Shown: piece after piece, positions 1 through 9,817 of the stretch
Layout of the letters: each line of letters starts with the position of its first letter
Position numbering within the stretch: the stretch's first letter is position 1
Source of the DNA: Bacillota bacterium
GTDB lineage: Bacteria > Bacillota > Clostridia > TANB77 > CAG-465
Direction: 5' to 3'
Assembly: GCA_023410645.1 (NCBI GenBank)
Contig: JAEYPQ010000073.1
Span: 10,971 to 74,970 of the forward strand
DNA length: 64,000 nt
The notes under the pieces: generated by a model
The model's database searches: none
What the model saw: only the letters and a program-made list of their open reading frames with translations
What the model was told of the DNA's origin: nothing
Position numbers and translations under genes: made by a program

Positions 1-217
1 CTGAAGATACAACTTTATTATTATACCATGTATCGTTAATTATATTTTCAATGCCTCCATAGTATCTATACCATTTTCCTTCTCTTGTAATCCCTATAAG
101 AATTAAATTATATTTTTCATTATTAACATTTTTAATCACAGATGTTGCAGATTTTAATGACACTTCGTATTCACTCGAACAACCTCCGAATATAACTGCT
201 AAATTTATTTTATTCAT
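1..217 (-). CDS. ddl: D-alanine--D-alanine ligase, N-terminal part (gene continues beyond window start)
   Basis: Hand translation of the minus strand from ATG at 215-217 gives MNKINLAVIFGGCSSEYEVSLKSATSVIKNV..., the canonical Ddl N-terminus. A GGGGG SD lies about 8 nt upstream. The ORF is absent from the track because it is truncated. Confidence 0.8.
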   Translation of the reverse strand, partial: MNKINLAVIFGGCSSEYEVSLKSATSVIKNVNNEKYNLILIGITREGKWYRYYGGIENIINDTWYNNKVVSS

Positions 218-402
218 AGAACATTCCCCCTAAATTTGAATTCTATGATAAGATTTTACTACTATATAAATTTAAATGTTTTAACATATAATTAATATTT
301 TCTTAAGTTTTTATTAAGATGTTAAATTATTTAAATTGACATATATGATATAATTATTGAAAGTAACATATTAATTTAAAAATAATTATTAAGGGGGATT
401 AT

Positions 403-1011
403 ATGAACATATCAAATAATTTGGAAAATAATTTTTCTAGGTTTAAAACGTCTAATATGAAACAAGACTATTATTTATTTTGGCTATATGGCAATTATAA
501 TTTTATATCTGAATCACACAATCTATACTTTTCTAAGGATTATCTACGAGATTCTTACCAAATGATATTTCAAATGTTTATTAAAAGATTAGAGATTTCA
601 AATGATATAAACCTTAATACAGATGATCAAGATTTAAAATATGATTTGCATAAAAAATTAGACAAATATAAATATTTCATGGAAAAATTTTTCAATGCTA
701 TAAATTTTCCTATGTTCATTTTAGCACATAATTCTGGATTTTCTGATGAAAATACTGTTTTTGAATATTATACAAAAACAAAAATAAGTGTTCCTCATGT
801 ATCTGATTTAAGTATTAGGAAAATAAGTAATGAAAGATTAGAACTTTATTTTAAGGAATTAAATGAATCTAAGATAAAAAATATAAAAAGTTTCATGTAC
901 TGTGCAAAATATTATGATAATCCTGAATTATTAGAAAATATTCTTTTACAAAATGATTTAAAAAAGTTTATAATATCTGAAGAAAATATTATATATTTAT
1001 ACCAAAGTTAA
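403..1011 (+). CDS. hypothetical protein (202 aa)
   Basis: The ORF is preceded by an AAGGGGGA SD and followed directly by an 18-bp hairpin terminator. I recognise no motif. Confidence 0.55.
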   Translation: MNISNNLENNFSRFKTSNMKQDYYLFWLYGNYNFISESHNLYFSKDYLRDSYQMIFQMFIKRLEISNDINLNTDDQDLKYDLHKKLDKYKYFMEKFFNAINFPMFILAHNSGFSDENTVFEYYTKTKISVPHVSDLSIRKISNERLELYFKELNESKIKNIKSFMYCAKYYDNPELLENILLQNDLKKFIISEENIIYLYQS

Positions 1012-1058
1012 ATACCTTAAATATTAAAGCTTTTGTTTAATATTTAAGGTATTTTTAT
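1011..1058 (+). terminator. rho-independent terminator
   Basis: Perfect 18-bp stem aataccttaaatattaaa / tttaatatttaaggtatt with a 7-nt loop and a T-rich tail. Confidence 0.7.
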
Positions 1059-1147
1059 TTATGAATTTAATTCTTATATTATTTTACTAAGTAAATTAAA
1101 AATTTAAAGCTAAGCAGAATATAAACTCTGCTTAGCTCTGTGTGTCT

Positions 1148-1223
1148 TGGTGTTCCTGGTGCGAATCGAACGCACGACCAACAACTTAGGAGGTTGCTGC
1201 TCTATCCACTGAGCTACAGAAAC
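1148..1223 (-). tRNA. tRNA-Arg (anticodon CCT)
   Basis: The reverse complement folds as a cloverleaf. Acceptor GTTTCTG/CAGGAAC, anticodon loop CTCCTAA, T-loop TTCGATT, encoded CCA. Confidence 0.85.
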
Positions 1224-1393
1224 AAATATACAAATTAATAATATGCTAATTATACCACATTCATTTTAATATATCAATCTATCTTTAAAATAATGATATT
1301 TATACTTTATTTTATATTGCACCAAAATTACACCAAAGATTTATTTTCAATTGACTTTTATACTATTTTAAGTTATAATTATATTTGTTATAT

Positions 1394-1470
1394 GCACCTG
1401 TAGCTCAACTGGATAGAGTGCCGGACTACGAATCCGTAGGTTGGGGGTTCGAATCCCTTCAGGTGCACCA
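1394..1470 (+). tRNA. tRNA-Arg (anticodon ACG)
   Basis: Acceptor GCACCTG/CAGGTGC, D-arm GCTCAACTGGATAGAGT, anticodon loop CTACGAA, T-arm GGGGGTTCGAATCCCTT, encoded CCA. Confidence 0.9.
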
Positions 1471-1482
1471 AATAAAAGATTA

Positions 1483-1520
1483 AATATCAAGTACTTTTTA
1501 ATTATTGTACTTGATATTTT
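1483..1520 (+). terminator. rho-independent terminator after tRNA-Arg(ACG)
   Basis: Perfect 12-bp stem AATATCAAGTAC / GTACTTGATATT followed by Ts. Confidence 0.65.
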
Positions 1521-1571
1521 ACAATTTTGCATATTTTTCTGATTATATAATAGATAATAAATGACATCTGT

Positions 1572-1721
1572 CTAATTGTTATTTATAGTTTGAATAGCAT
1601 CCATAATACCTATTAAATATAAAAGAGATACAAATTCATTATTATTATAAATAAAGTCAATTTCATTTTGCTTAAAGACAGTTTTACTTTCTAAAATTCT
1701 TTTAACAATCAACTCTTCCAT
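1572..1721 (-). CDS. small hypothetical protein (49 aa, MEELIVKRILESKTVFKQNEIDF...)
   Basis: Hand-translated ORF with an AAGGGGGAATAT SD directly upstream of the ATG. It is below the ORF-track size cut-off. Confidence 0.4.
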   Translation of the reverse strand: MEELIVKRILESKTVFKQNEIDFIYNNNEFVSLLYLIGIMDAIQTINNN

Positions 1722-1740
1722 ATATTCCCCCTTCTTGTAC

Positions 1741-1841
1741 TTGACATTTATACAAAAAAGTATATAATGAAAATATATACCTTATGTATATGTTTTAAAT
1801 AGATAGTTTGATTGTTAGCGCAAAAGACTATCTATTTTTTT
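1741..1841 (+). ncRNA. candidate small RNA: orphan promoter followed by an intrinsic terminator
   Basis: TTGACA (1741-1746), a 16-nt spacer, then TATAAT (1763-1768). A 10-bp hairpin AATAGATAGT/ACTATCTATT (1798-1836) with a T7 run follows. No ORF lies in between. Confidence 0.3.
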
Positions 1842-1938
1842 ATGTTCTAATCATATTACATTTGGTAATAAATGTGCTATAATTATAAATTTATTGTACA
1901 ACTCCATCTGGTAAAAATCAACACTTTTTAGAAATAAT

Positions 1939-1976
1939 CGTTCGACATGATGGCAAATTTGACAACATGTCGAACG
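1939..1976 (-). terminator. terminator ending the island's long minus-strand transcription unit
   Basis: Perfect 11-bp stem CGTTCGACATG / CATGTCGAACG immediately after the stop codon at 1977. Confidence 0.6.
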
Positions 1977-2300
1977 CTATTTATATTGTGCTAATTTAGA
2001 TATTATCAAGTCTATTATTCTGCTAATTTTTAATGTTTTTGGATGGGTTAAACCATACTGTTCAATATGATAATTAAGACTTTTTTTTAATGAATTAATT
2101 TCTTCTACAGTATAAAAAAAATCTTTTACATTTACTCTTAAAAATTTAGATACAGTATAAAGTATGTATATACTTGTATTATCTAATTTATTATTTTCTA
2201 GATCTGATAGATGTGAAATAGATATGCCAGTACCTTTATGTATTTGATCAAGCGTATATCCTTTTTCCTCCCTAATAATCTTCATTGCTATTACTATCAT
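1977..2300 (-). CDS. XRE-family helix-turn-helix transcriptional regulator
   Basis: HTH_3 pattern KIIREEKGYTLDQIHKGTGISISHLSDLENNK. I chose the ATG at 2300 because it has an AGAGGAAG SD; the track start at 2366 lacks one. Confidence 0.75.
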   Translation of the reverse strand: MIVIAMKIIREEKGYTLDQIHKGTGISISHLSDLENNKLDNTSIYILYTVSKFLRVNVKDFFYTVEEINSLKKSLNYHIEQYGLTHPKTLKISRIIDLIISKLAQYK

Positions 2301-2400
2301 AATGCTTCCTCTTTCTAATATAATTTCACGACTTATAATTATATTAAAAAAATGTAACATTTTCAATAAAAACTATTAGGATTCACTTTTGTTCCATATA

Positions 2401-3063
2401 TTATAGTTTAGTTAAACCACCCGACCAAACATAATTTCCTTTAGCTGACTTGTACCATTTATTATTATCATTTACACTTTCACCTTCAACAACTCCTACT
2501 GCTTGGAAAATATCATCTTTACGTAATAATCCTGTACCTGATATACTTGATTTAGTGGTTGCTTGACTTCTTACATTAGCCTCTGCTTTATCCACTCTTA
2601 CAGTAAATGTATTTACTTTTATTTTTTCTTCAGTATATGGTAGTATTTTATTTTCTCCTGTAAAATATGGATTAGGATCTACTGATATATTATTTTCTCT
2701 TACTTCAAAATGTAGATGTGCCCCAGTTACAAATCCAGTTGCACCCATATATCCAATTATTTGTCCTTCTTCTACTATATCACCAATGTCAACACAAACT
2801 GTACCAATTTTCATATGTGCATATACCGTACTTATATTTCCACCGTGTTGAATATGTACAAAGTTTCCATAGCTTCCTGATTTATATCCAGATATATTTT
2901 TCTCAACATTAACTACTTTTCCTCTAGCACATGCAATTATATAATCTAATTGATATCCTTGTCTTACAAAGTCAATTCCTATATGTTTGTATGGATTACC
3001 ATTTAAAATTTGATTTCCATAATCTAATGTAATTAATTCTTGTTTACTTTTTAATACATTCAT
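2401..3063 (-). CDS. M23 (LytM/lysostaphin-type) peptidase with C-terminal SH3b-like domain; putative endolysin
   Basis: M23 motifs HIGIDF (HxxxD) and GAHLHFE (HxH). The C-terminal segment resembles SH3b (NKWYKSAKGNYVWSGGL). The ATG at 3063 has a GGAGGT SD 7 nt upstream. It is the last gene of the tail operon. Confidence 0.75.
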   Translation of the reverse strand: MNVLKSKQELITLDYGNQILNGNPYKHIGIDFVRQGYQLDYIIACARGKVVNVEKNISGYKSGSYGNFVHIQHGGNISTVYAHMKIGTVCVDIGDIVEEGQIIGYMGATGFVTGAHLHFEVRENNISVDPNPYFTGENKILPYTEEKIKVNTFTVRVDKAEANVRSQATTKSSISGTGLLRKDDIFQAVGVVEGESVNDNNKWYKSAKGNYVWSGGLTKL

Positions 3064-3187
3064 TATAATTACCTCCATGTTTTCTATTTTTAAAACAATA
3101 TAAAATAGATACTTCTAATTTAATTCTTTTTATTAAGATTTAAGTTAGTTTGCTAAATAAAAATTAAGACAGTTTTATTTTACTGCT

Positions 3188-4819
3188 TTAATTTTTTATA
3201 TCTACAAATTGCAATTCAACATATCTTATTTGACCTTGCGGTTCACCATTTGCACCAGTTTGAGTGTTAGTTATAATACCTTTAAAAACAGTCCATTCAT
3301 TTGGCAGACTATTAAATGCAATTCTATTTGTTGACATTCTATTTAATCTAGCATTATTTATAGCTCCCCACACTATATCAAAAGTAAAAGAGTAACCATG
3401 ATAACCACCACTTTGGTTAAACAATCCTATTTGTATTCCAGGTACACTAGTATTATTACAATTATCCGTTAGTATAGCAAAACATCTGGCATATCTGGTA
3501 TATCCAGTAGGTACTGGTACTGTATTTACACCAGGCTTATAATTATAAAAAATATTACCCAAATCTTTCCACTCTGCCCTTGTAACAGACACTGGTGTAT
3601 CTCCTGCTATGCCAAAAATCGGAAAACTATAAACTATTCTTTCTTTTACTAAATTATATAATTCTGTACCTTTATTAACTGATAAAGCATCTGTTGAACT
3701 TGTACTGTCAAATCTATCCACCACCACAGAGCTTATTGGGACACTATTTTTTGCTTTAATAATGGAATACTGAACTAAATAAGGTTGTAAATTATTGTGA
3801 GCTTGACTACCTCCCGTATAAGTAGTAGAGTATCCCTTGTTTTGCATTCCCAAAAATTCAGATCCAATAGCTGTACCGCTAGCAGCTATATTACCTTCTG
3901 TACCCCTGCTATTGACATTATGGTTATGATTTGGTATTTGATCTACTGTTAAAGTATGTGTTTTAGATCCACCAATTTTACCTAAAGTATTAAATTCGGA
4001 TTGAGAACTATCATATGATACCACAATTTTACCTTTTTTATTTGGGAGATTAAACGTTGTAGAACCATCACCATTTCCATAAGTAGTTCCTATAACATCA
4101 AATAATTCTTTATATTCTGTTCTTGATACAGCTCTACCATCCTCAATAAGCCAATTGCTAGGGGGATTGGCAGAAGGATAATATCCTTCAAATCCAATAG
4201 GAAGTGTATCTGAATTTACAGTACCCTCACTATCAAATTTAATTCCATCAGGACCAAATATAATTAAATATTTTCCATCTTGTACTGTGGTATAAAAATA
4301 TTCTGGAAAATCTAAGTTTATACTAGTTGCAATTGCTAATTTAATATAAAACATTTTTCCTTTTGTAAATCCACTTGCTCCCAAATCTCCTTCAATTAGG
4401 CTTTCAATCGAAAATTCACTCTTATTTTCATTATATGTTATTTTTGATATATCTATATAAAATGGACCATATTCAGTACCCTGATTTTCTCCATATTCAT
4501 TATAAGGAGTTTCACTGGACCAATATTTTATATACTTTACATCGTACTCTCCTAAATATGTTAATTTACCTGTTGCCTTTAATTCAACCTGTTCATCAAC
4601 ATCATTAAGTCTTCTAGATTCAATATTATTAAAATATGGAGTGCGAAAAATTTCAACGTTCAATGGTTTACTACTGCTTGAAGTATTTCCTCTACTATCT
4701 ACTACTGTTACTTTAACATAATCTTTTCCATCTTTCAAACTCTTTATTAAATCATCGCTATTTGAGTAAATTGTATCTGCTAAAAGAGAGTATCCATTTG
4801 GAAGATTTAAACCGCTCAT
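3188..4819 (-). CDS. tail fibre / receptor-binding protein with phage tail-collar domain
   Basis: Central collar-domain signature: NWLIEDGRAVSRTEYKELFDVIGTTYGNGDGSTTFNLPNKKGK, then GGSKTHTLTVDQIPNHNH and GGSQAHNNLQPY. The ATG at 4819 has a GGAGGTG SD and overlaps the upstream stop (TAATG). Confidence 0.75.
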   Translation of the reverse strand: MSGLNLPNGYSLLADTIYSNSDDLIKSLKDGKDYVKVTVVDSRGNTSSSSKPLNVEIFRTPYFNNIESRRLNDVDEQVELKATGKLTYLGEYDVKYIKYWSSETPYNEYGENQGTEYGPFYIDISKITYNENKSEFSIESLIEGDLGASGFTKGKMFYIKLAIATSINLDFPEYFYTTVQDGKYLIIFGPDGIKFDSEGTVNSDTLPIGFEGYYPSANPPSNWLIEDGRAVSRTEYKELFDVIGTTYGNGDGSTTFNLPNKKGKIVVSYDSSQSEFNTLGKIGGSKTHTLTVDQIPNHNHNVNSRGTEGNIAASGTAIGSEFLGMQNKGYSTTYTGGSQAHNNLQPYLVQYSIIKAKNSVPISSVVVDRFDSTSSTDALSVNKGTELYNLVKERIVYSFPIFGIAGDTPVSVTRAEWKDLGNIFYNYKPGVNTVPVPTGYTRYARCFAILTDNCNNTSVPGIQIGLFNQSGGYHGYSFTFDIVWGAINNARLNRMSTNRIAFNSLPNEWTVFKGIITNTQTGANGEPQGQIRYVELQFVDIKN

Positions 4820-5736
4820 TATAGTAACACCTCCTCTATTTTTCCGTTCCACTCTATTATTACTTTTTTTAGAGTGGCTCCGTTCTTGGCTGAAAGACTA
4901 ATATCTTTTATAGCAATATGAGCATCAGACAAATTACCAAATGGGCCAAATCCTGCTACTATATCACTTAATTCATCATCGATACTAGTCCCTCCCCTCA
5001 TACCAAAGATACCAAAAACAGGAGTCTCCGGATTACTATTTTTAATATAGCATGTGCCTTCTTTTGTTGTCATTCCTAGTAATGTTGTGCCAATATAAGT
5101 ACATAGATTAACTCTTATTTTTGCTGAATTATTATTTGGCAGTAGATTATATAAATTATTAGCTAGATTAGCGAGATCTAGAGTAAAATTCTTAGATGTA
5201 ATATCTTCTTCTTTTATACTTTTCCATACATTATTTACATACATATCTAAGTATACTTTATAGTTGTAATTTACATTAGTTATATCAGAAATAGATATAT
5301 TTAAATCATTACCTATATTAAAATCTATATTAGAATTAATAGTACTTGCTATGTAACCTACCGGCGTTGTTACCGTTTTCTCTGTACCACTATCAAATGT
5401 TACTGATCCACCATTTGTACTTTTGAATATAATTCTACAACCATTTATCTGATTACTTCCATATCCTTTATCAAACCAAAAATACTCAGTTTCAGATGGG
5501 AAGTAAGTCACTCCACTTCCTCTATTAGGAGAATTAGCTTTTATTTGCCCACCATAGTTATTTCCTTCAGTATACACATCTGCTATTATGTTATATCCAA
5601 AATAATATCCATTATCTATTGCCCATGTTAATTTCCAACGTATACCTAGTTTAGATCCATCTCTTGTTGTTTCATATTCAACGGTATAGTTTATATGTCC
5701 CCATTGTACTTCTTTACCTTGTACGAATACTTGCAT
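4819..5736 (-). CDS. phage tail/baseplate structural protein (305 aa, unknown family)
   Basis: It lies between the Tal-like and fibre genes, has an AGGAGGGA SD, and is translationally coupled to the next gene. Confidence 0.5.
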   Translation of the reverse strand: MQVFVQGKEVQWGHINYTVEYETTRDGSKLGIRWKLTWAIDNGYYFGYNIIADVYTEGNNYGGQIKANSPNRGSGVTYFPSETEYFWFDKGYGSNQINGCRIIFKSTNGGSVTFDSGTEKTVTTPVGYIASTINSNIDFNIGNDLNISISDITNVNYNYKVYLDMYVNNVWKSIKEEDITSKNFTLDLANLANNLYNLLPNNNSAKIRVNLCTYIGTTLLGMTTKEGTCYIKNSNPETPVFGIFGMRGGTSIDDELSDIVAGFGPFGNLSDAHIAIKDISLSAKNGATLKKVIIEWNGKIEEVLL

Positions 5737-5748
5737 TACTTATCCCTC

Positions 5749-7623
5749 CTATCCATCTTTATCATAAGATATTCCAACTCTTCCATCTTGTAATACTGTA
5801 AATCTCATTTTTCCTACATTTAAACGTTCGAAAAATGTTGCTCTATCAAATGTGGAATTCTCACCATTAAATTCTGCTTTTACTTTGCCTGTCTCTCTAT
5901 TTTTTATTACTGTTCCCTCAGCACCAAAGATTGACTTAGTATTTTTTATTATACTTTCTACTTCTAGACCATTATATCCAAAAGAGTAATTCATGCCAAC
6001 TACTTCTCCTGGGTAACTCTGATATCCTAATTTTGAACCTTTATTAAACATACAATCACTAAATAAAACATAATTATTATCACTAAAAAGTTCAATTTTA
6101 ACTTGTGATGTTGGGCTGTTCACTGAAAATTCCACCTCATTAAAAGTATTAGGTTCAATTTCAAGATTATATATTTGTTCTGTTCCGCTTGTTATTTTAA
6201 CCTTTACATTTGCAAGCTCTAATTTATATATAATACAGCTAAATGTATAATCTGTATTCTCCTTTATTTTTATAGGGGCAAATTGTACACTACCATTATT
6301 TATTTTAATTGCAGATTTAGAAATTGTATTATCCATAATTTCTTTATTTTGTTCTATGGCTACATTACCACTTTTTATATTGCCAACATACTCTAAACGT
6401 AAAGTGCTGTCTTGTATAAGATTAAGTCCACCCGCTTGCTGTAAATTTATACTTACATTTTCAACATTTTGTGTCATTTGAATTATCTGACTGCTATTTT
6501 CATTTGTTTTACTCGCAACTGATTGTATTATTTGATCTTGTTTATTTACTATGATTTCTGTTCTTTTAGCAATTTCTAACGCAGTTACAGGATTCTCATA
6601 TTCAATGCTAGCTTTGGTTATACTAGGTGCTTCAAATCCTATTTCTACCCCCTCAATGTTAATCCTTAATATTATTGTATTTACATTTTCACCAGATTTA
6701 TTTTTTATGGTTACGATATCACCAACTTCAAGATATGGATATAAACAATTTTTCAGTGTCATGCCAGAATACCCAAATCCTTTTGCTTTGTTATATATGG
6801 AATTTATAAGCTTTTGCCTTTTTTCTTGTGTATATGCAAATGGATTATCAGTAATCATTAAATAATTCTCACCATATTCTGCAATACCCTCTTCCCATCT
6901 AATAGTAACATTTTCACCTTCGAATTCTGAATTTTCAATACCTACTATTGTTATAGGATTTATATCTTTTTTATTTTCAAATTCATCATAATCATTTATA
7001 TCTATAACTACATCTGTTGTATTTGCAAATACCAATTTCAGTTTGTCATTTACTATTTTTGCAAAGTTGCAACTTATACCTGCAATAGCGCTTACTACAT
7101 GCCCAAATTGAGATCCTTCAAATTGATTACTATCAACAATAAATTCTGAATTATCAAAGTCAATAGAATTGAGTTCAACACCACATTTAATACAACATTC
7201 TTCAAGTACATCTGAAGCTGTGACATTACCACTTGCATAGTCTAAATCTGATTGATAGGTGTTTGCAAACTTTAAGCCATAATCATATGCGGTTACTTTT
7301 ACGCTTTCTTTTGTATCACTCTCTTCTACATTATAAACAATAAAAGTTCCATAATCTATTGCTTCCCATGTACCATCTTCAAGTCTATACTCTTTGTATG
7401 CTCTAAATTCTTTTTGTCTGAAATCAAAATTAATATCTTCATAATCAAACTCAAGTCTCTTCATTATAAAATTTTGTAAGAAATTACCATCTTTATAACA
7501 ATCATCATAAAGATTAAACCACAGATATATCCTATCTGTGGCTCCTTTTAATATAATATAATCTCTTTCTACTACACTATCTTTTTTTAGTGCACTTTTT
7601 AAAGCAGTAGAAACATTTTTCAT
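5749..7623 (-). CDS. tail-associated protein (Tal / prophage tail endopeptidase-like minor structural protein)
   Basis: 624 aa, sitting after the tape measure and a Dit-like gene as in siphovirus tail modules. Its start overlaps the upstream stop (TAATG). The assignment rests on size and position only. Confidence 0.5.
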   Translation of the reverse strand: MKNVSTALKSALKKDSVVERDYIILKGATDRIYLWFNLYDDCYKDGNFLQNFIMKRLEFDYEDINFDFRQKEFRAYKEYRLEDGTWEAIDYGTFIVYNVEESDTKESVKVTAYDYGLKFANTYQSDLDYASGNVTASDVLEECCIKCGVELNSIDFDNSEFIVDSNQFEGSQFGHVVSAIAGISCNFAKIVNDKLKLVFANTTDVVIDINDYDEFENKKDINPITIVGIENSEFEGENVTIRWEEGIAEYGENYLMITDNPFAYTQEKRQKLINSIYNKAKGFGYSGMTLKNCLYPYLEVGDIVTIKNKSGENVNTIILRINIEGVEIGFEAPSITKASIEYENPVTALEIAKRTEIIVNKQDQIIQSVASKTNENSSQIIQMTQNVENVSINLQQAGGLNLIQDSTLRLEYVGNIKSGNVAIEQNKEIMDNTISKSAIKINNGSVQFAPIKIKENTDYTFSCIIYKLELANVKVKITSGTEQIYNLEIEPNTFNEVEFSVNSPTSQVKIELFSDNNYVLFSDCMFNKGSKLGYQSYPGEVVGMNYSFGYNGLEVESIIKNTKSIFGAEGTVIKNRETGKVKAEFNGENSTFDRATFFERLNVGKMRFTVLQDGRVGISYDKDG

Positions 7624-7997
7624 TATTCTACCACCTCACTACTCTTTTCCAATACAACATCAAATTCAGCATATCTTTCTCCATATTTACTATAAACTAA
7701 ATTTTTTGCTCCCTTTGTTACTATAAAATTATATTTTTTATAACTTCTTGTATTTGGATTCCAAACTTCATATTCACCATCAATAAAATTATCATTGTAT
7801 TCTTTTATTGTTTCTCCATCCAATTGTCCCAGCTTTATTCCTATTGTTATAGTATTATAAGAAGCATAAATCACTTTTATACTTCCATCTGCTTTTATAG
7901 ATTTATTTAAAACAACTGGTTGTTCATCAAATTCATAGCCTTCACTTAAAATATTATTAAATTTATATATTTCTTTTTTTATTAAATAATCTTCCAT
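7623..7997 (-). CDS. short distal-tail-protein-like structural protein
   Basis: It sits immediately after the tape measure gene. The ATG at 7997 is preceded by GGAGGTG. The functional call is positional only. Confidence 0.35.
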   Translation of the reverse strand: MEDYLIKKEIYKFNNILSEGYEFDEQPVVLNKSIKADGSIKVIYASYNTITIGIKLGQLDGETIKEYNDNFIDGEYEVWNPNTRSYKKYNFIVTKGAKNLVYSKYGERYAEFDVVLEKSSEVVE

Positions 7998-8006
7998 ACG
8001 CACCTC

Positions 8007-9641
8007 CTAGAAGCCATACTGTAATTCTAATTTTTTATTTACTTTATTTGTACTTTTTGCAACTTTCTCACCATCTAATTCAACGGTAGAATTTACTACT
8101 ATTTCCTTATTATCACCAATTGATTGTAATGTTGCTTGTGTTTTATCTTCTTTTTCCACTTGCATTGTTGCTGTAGAAGTTAAATTAGCACTTAATTTAC
8201 CTGTTTCTAGCTCTATTGTTTTTTGCATATCGTTAAATACACCATCTAGATTATCGCTAAACCCTTCTCCTAAGCCTAGTGCTAAATATTTACCAACTTC
8301 ATCTCTGAATTTCTTAGAAGGTGAATGTATTCCAAAAAAACCTTTTATTCCATTGATAATTGTACTACACCATTCCTTCATTTTATTAGCTAGCCATGTG
8401 ATTGAACCACTTAGACCATTCCATATTCCTTCCACAATTCCTTTACCTATATCATACATACTTGTAAATATTAAACCAAATGCATTAACTATACACATTA
8501 ATATACTTGGTATCTGTCCGATTAATGAAGGAATTGCATTAACTAGTCCAGCAATTAACATGAATATAATTTGTACACCCATAGCTACTATTTTAGGTAA
8601 ATTGTTATTAAATGCATCAAATAATTTGTTAATAATTGTAGGAACCTTTTCAATTAATTGAGGTAAAGCTTCAATAATTCCCATAATTAAAGCTAATAGA
8701 ATTTCAATTCCTGTATCTATAATTAAATCTATATTATTTATTAGTGTTTCAACTATTATTAATACACAATCTACCATTGCAGGAATCAGTGTAGGTAGTA
8801 TTTGTGCTATACCTTGTATTAAAGCCATTAATATTTGAATACCTGCATTTAATATAATTGGTAAATTCTCAACTATAGTATTAATTATATTATTTATGCA
8901 TGATACAATTACAGGAATAATATTTGGTAAGCTTAATACTATACCATTTAGCAATTCAACTAATATATTTATGCCTAGTTCAACTATTTGGGGTAATAAT
9001 TCAAAGATACCATTAAGTAAAGTTGTAATTATATTTAATGCTGTTTGAGTTATTAGTGGCAAGTTACTGGTTATAGAATTAATAAAACTTAATACTATTT
9101 GTATTGCCATATTAATTACTTGAGGTAACATATCAGATGCCTGTTGTAACAATAAAACTAAACTTTCGCTAAGTTTTTGGCTAAATGCTTCTATTCCACC
9201 AGTTTCAAATGCTCCTTGTAGTCCTGCTATTGTATCATTCAAAAGCGGGAAAACATTATTTACAAGTGCACCACTTATTCCTTCTGTTAAACTACCTGTT
9301 AATGTATTAAAATTATCTTTAAGGGTAGTCATTTGTTCTCCAACAGCCGGACTTTGCTCTTGCATATATTGAAAAAACTGTTTGCCGACATCTACAGCTT
9401 TAGATATTGATTTTCCAACCGCATCAACTGCCATCTTTGCACCTTTAAAAGCTATATTTCCAATATTTCCAAATCCACTTAAAGCTGTTTTTGTAATGTC
9501 CATAACCCCACTAAAAGCTGTATTTGTTATCTCTAATAACCCACTTAAGGCCGTATTTGCTATAGATGCTATTTTACTAAATGAACTTTTAATTTCTGGC
9601 TCGTTAATCTGTATATCTATTATAATTATATTATCATCCAT
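8007..9641 (-). CDS. tail tape measure protein
   Basis: 544 aa with a long series of hydrophobic helical repeats (LPQVINMAIQIV..., LPNIIPVIVS..., LPTLIPAMVD..., LPQLIEKVPT...) and N-terminal ALSG/AFSG repeats. It holds the canonical position between the chaperone and baseplate genes. Confidence 0.8.
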   Translation of the reverse strand: MDDNIIIIDIQINEPEIKSSFSKIASIANTALSGLLEITNTAFSGVMDITKTALSGFGNIGNIAFKGAKMAVDAVGKSISKAVDVGKQFFQYMQEQSPAVGEQMTTLKDNFNTLTGSLTEGISGALVNNVFPLLNDTIAGLQGAFETGGIEAFSQKLSESLVLLLQQASDMLPQVINMAIQIVLSFINSITSNLPLITQTALNIITTLLNGIFELLPQIVELGINILVELLNGIVLSLPNIIPVIVSCINNIINTIVENLPIILNAGIQILMALIQGIAQILPTLIPAMVDCVLIIVETLINNIDLIIDTGIEILLALIMGIIEALPQLIEKVPTIINKLFDAFNNNLPKIVAMGVQIIFMLIAGLVNAIPSLIGQIPSILMCIVNAFGLIFTSMYDIGKGIVEGIWNGLSGSITWLANKMKEWCSTIINGIKGFFGIHSPSKKFRDEVGKYLALGLGEGFSDNLDGVFNDMQKTIELETGKLSANLTSTATMQVEKEDKTQATLQSIGDNKEIVVNSTVELDGEKVAKSTNKVNKKLELQYGF

Positions 9642-9685
9642 TTAGAAACTCCTTTCCAGTCAGGCTCATAGGCTCAATTTAAAGA

Positions 9686-9817
9686 CTAATTTTTAATTAA
9701 TATTTCAATTTCTTTTTTACAATTTTTACATATAAAAAAAATACCTTTAGATTCAGCACCTTTTTCATACTTTAATATTTTCTTATCACAATATGGACAA
9801 ATATACCATTTTCTCAT
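9686..9817 (-). CDS. Com-like zinc-ribbon protein (43 aa)
   Basis: MRKWYICPYCDKKILKYEKGAESKGIFFICKNCKKEIEI carries two CxxC pairs. An AGGTGA SD precedes the ATG at 9817. The upstream part of the track ORF is hydrophobic and lacks an SD. Confidence 0.55.
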   Translation of the reverse strand: MRKWYICPYCDKKILKYEKGAESKGIFFICKNCKKEIEILIKN

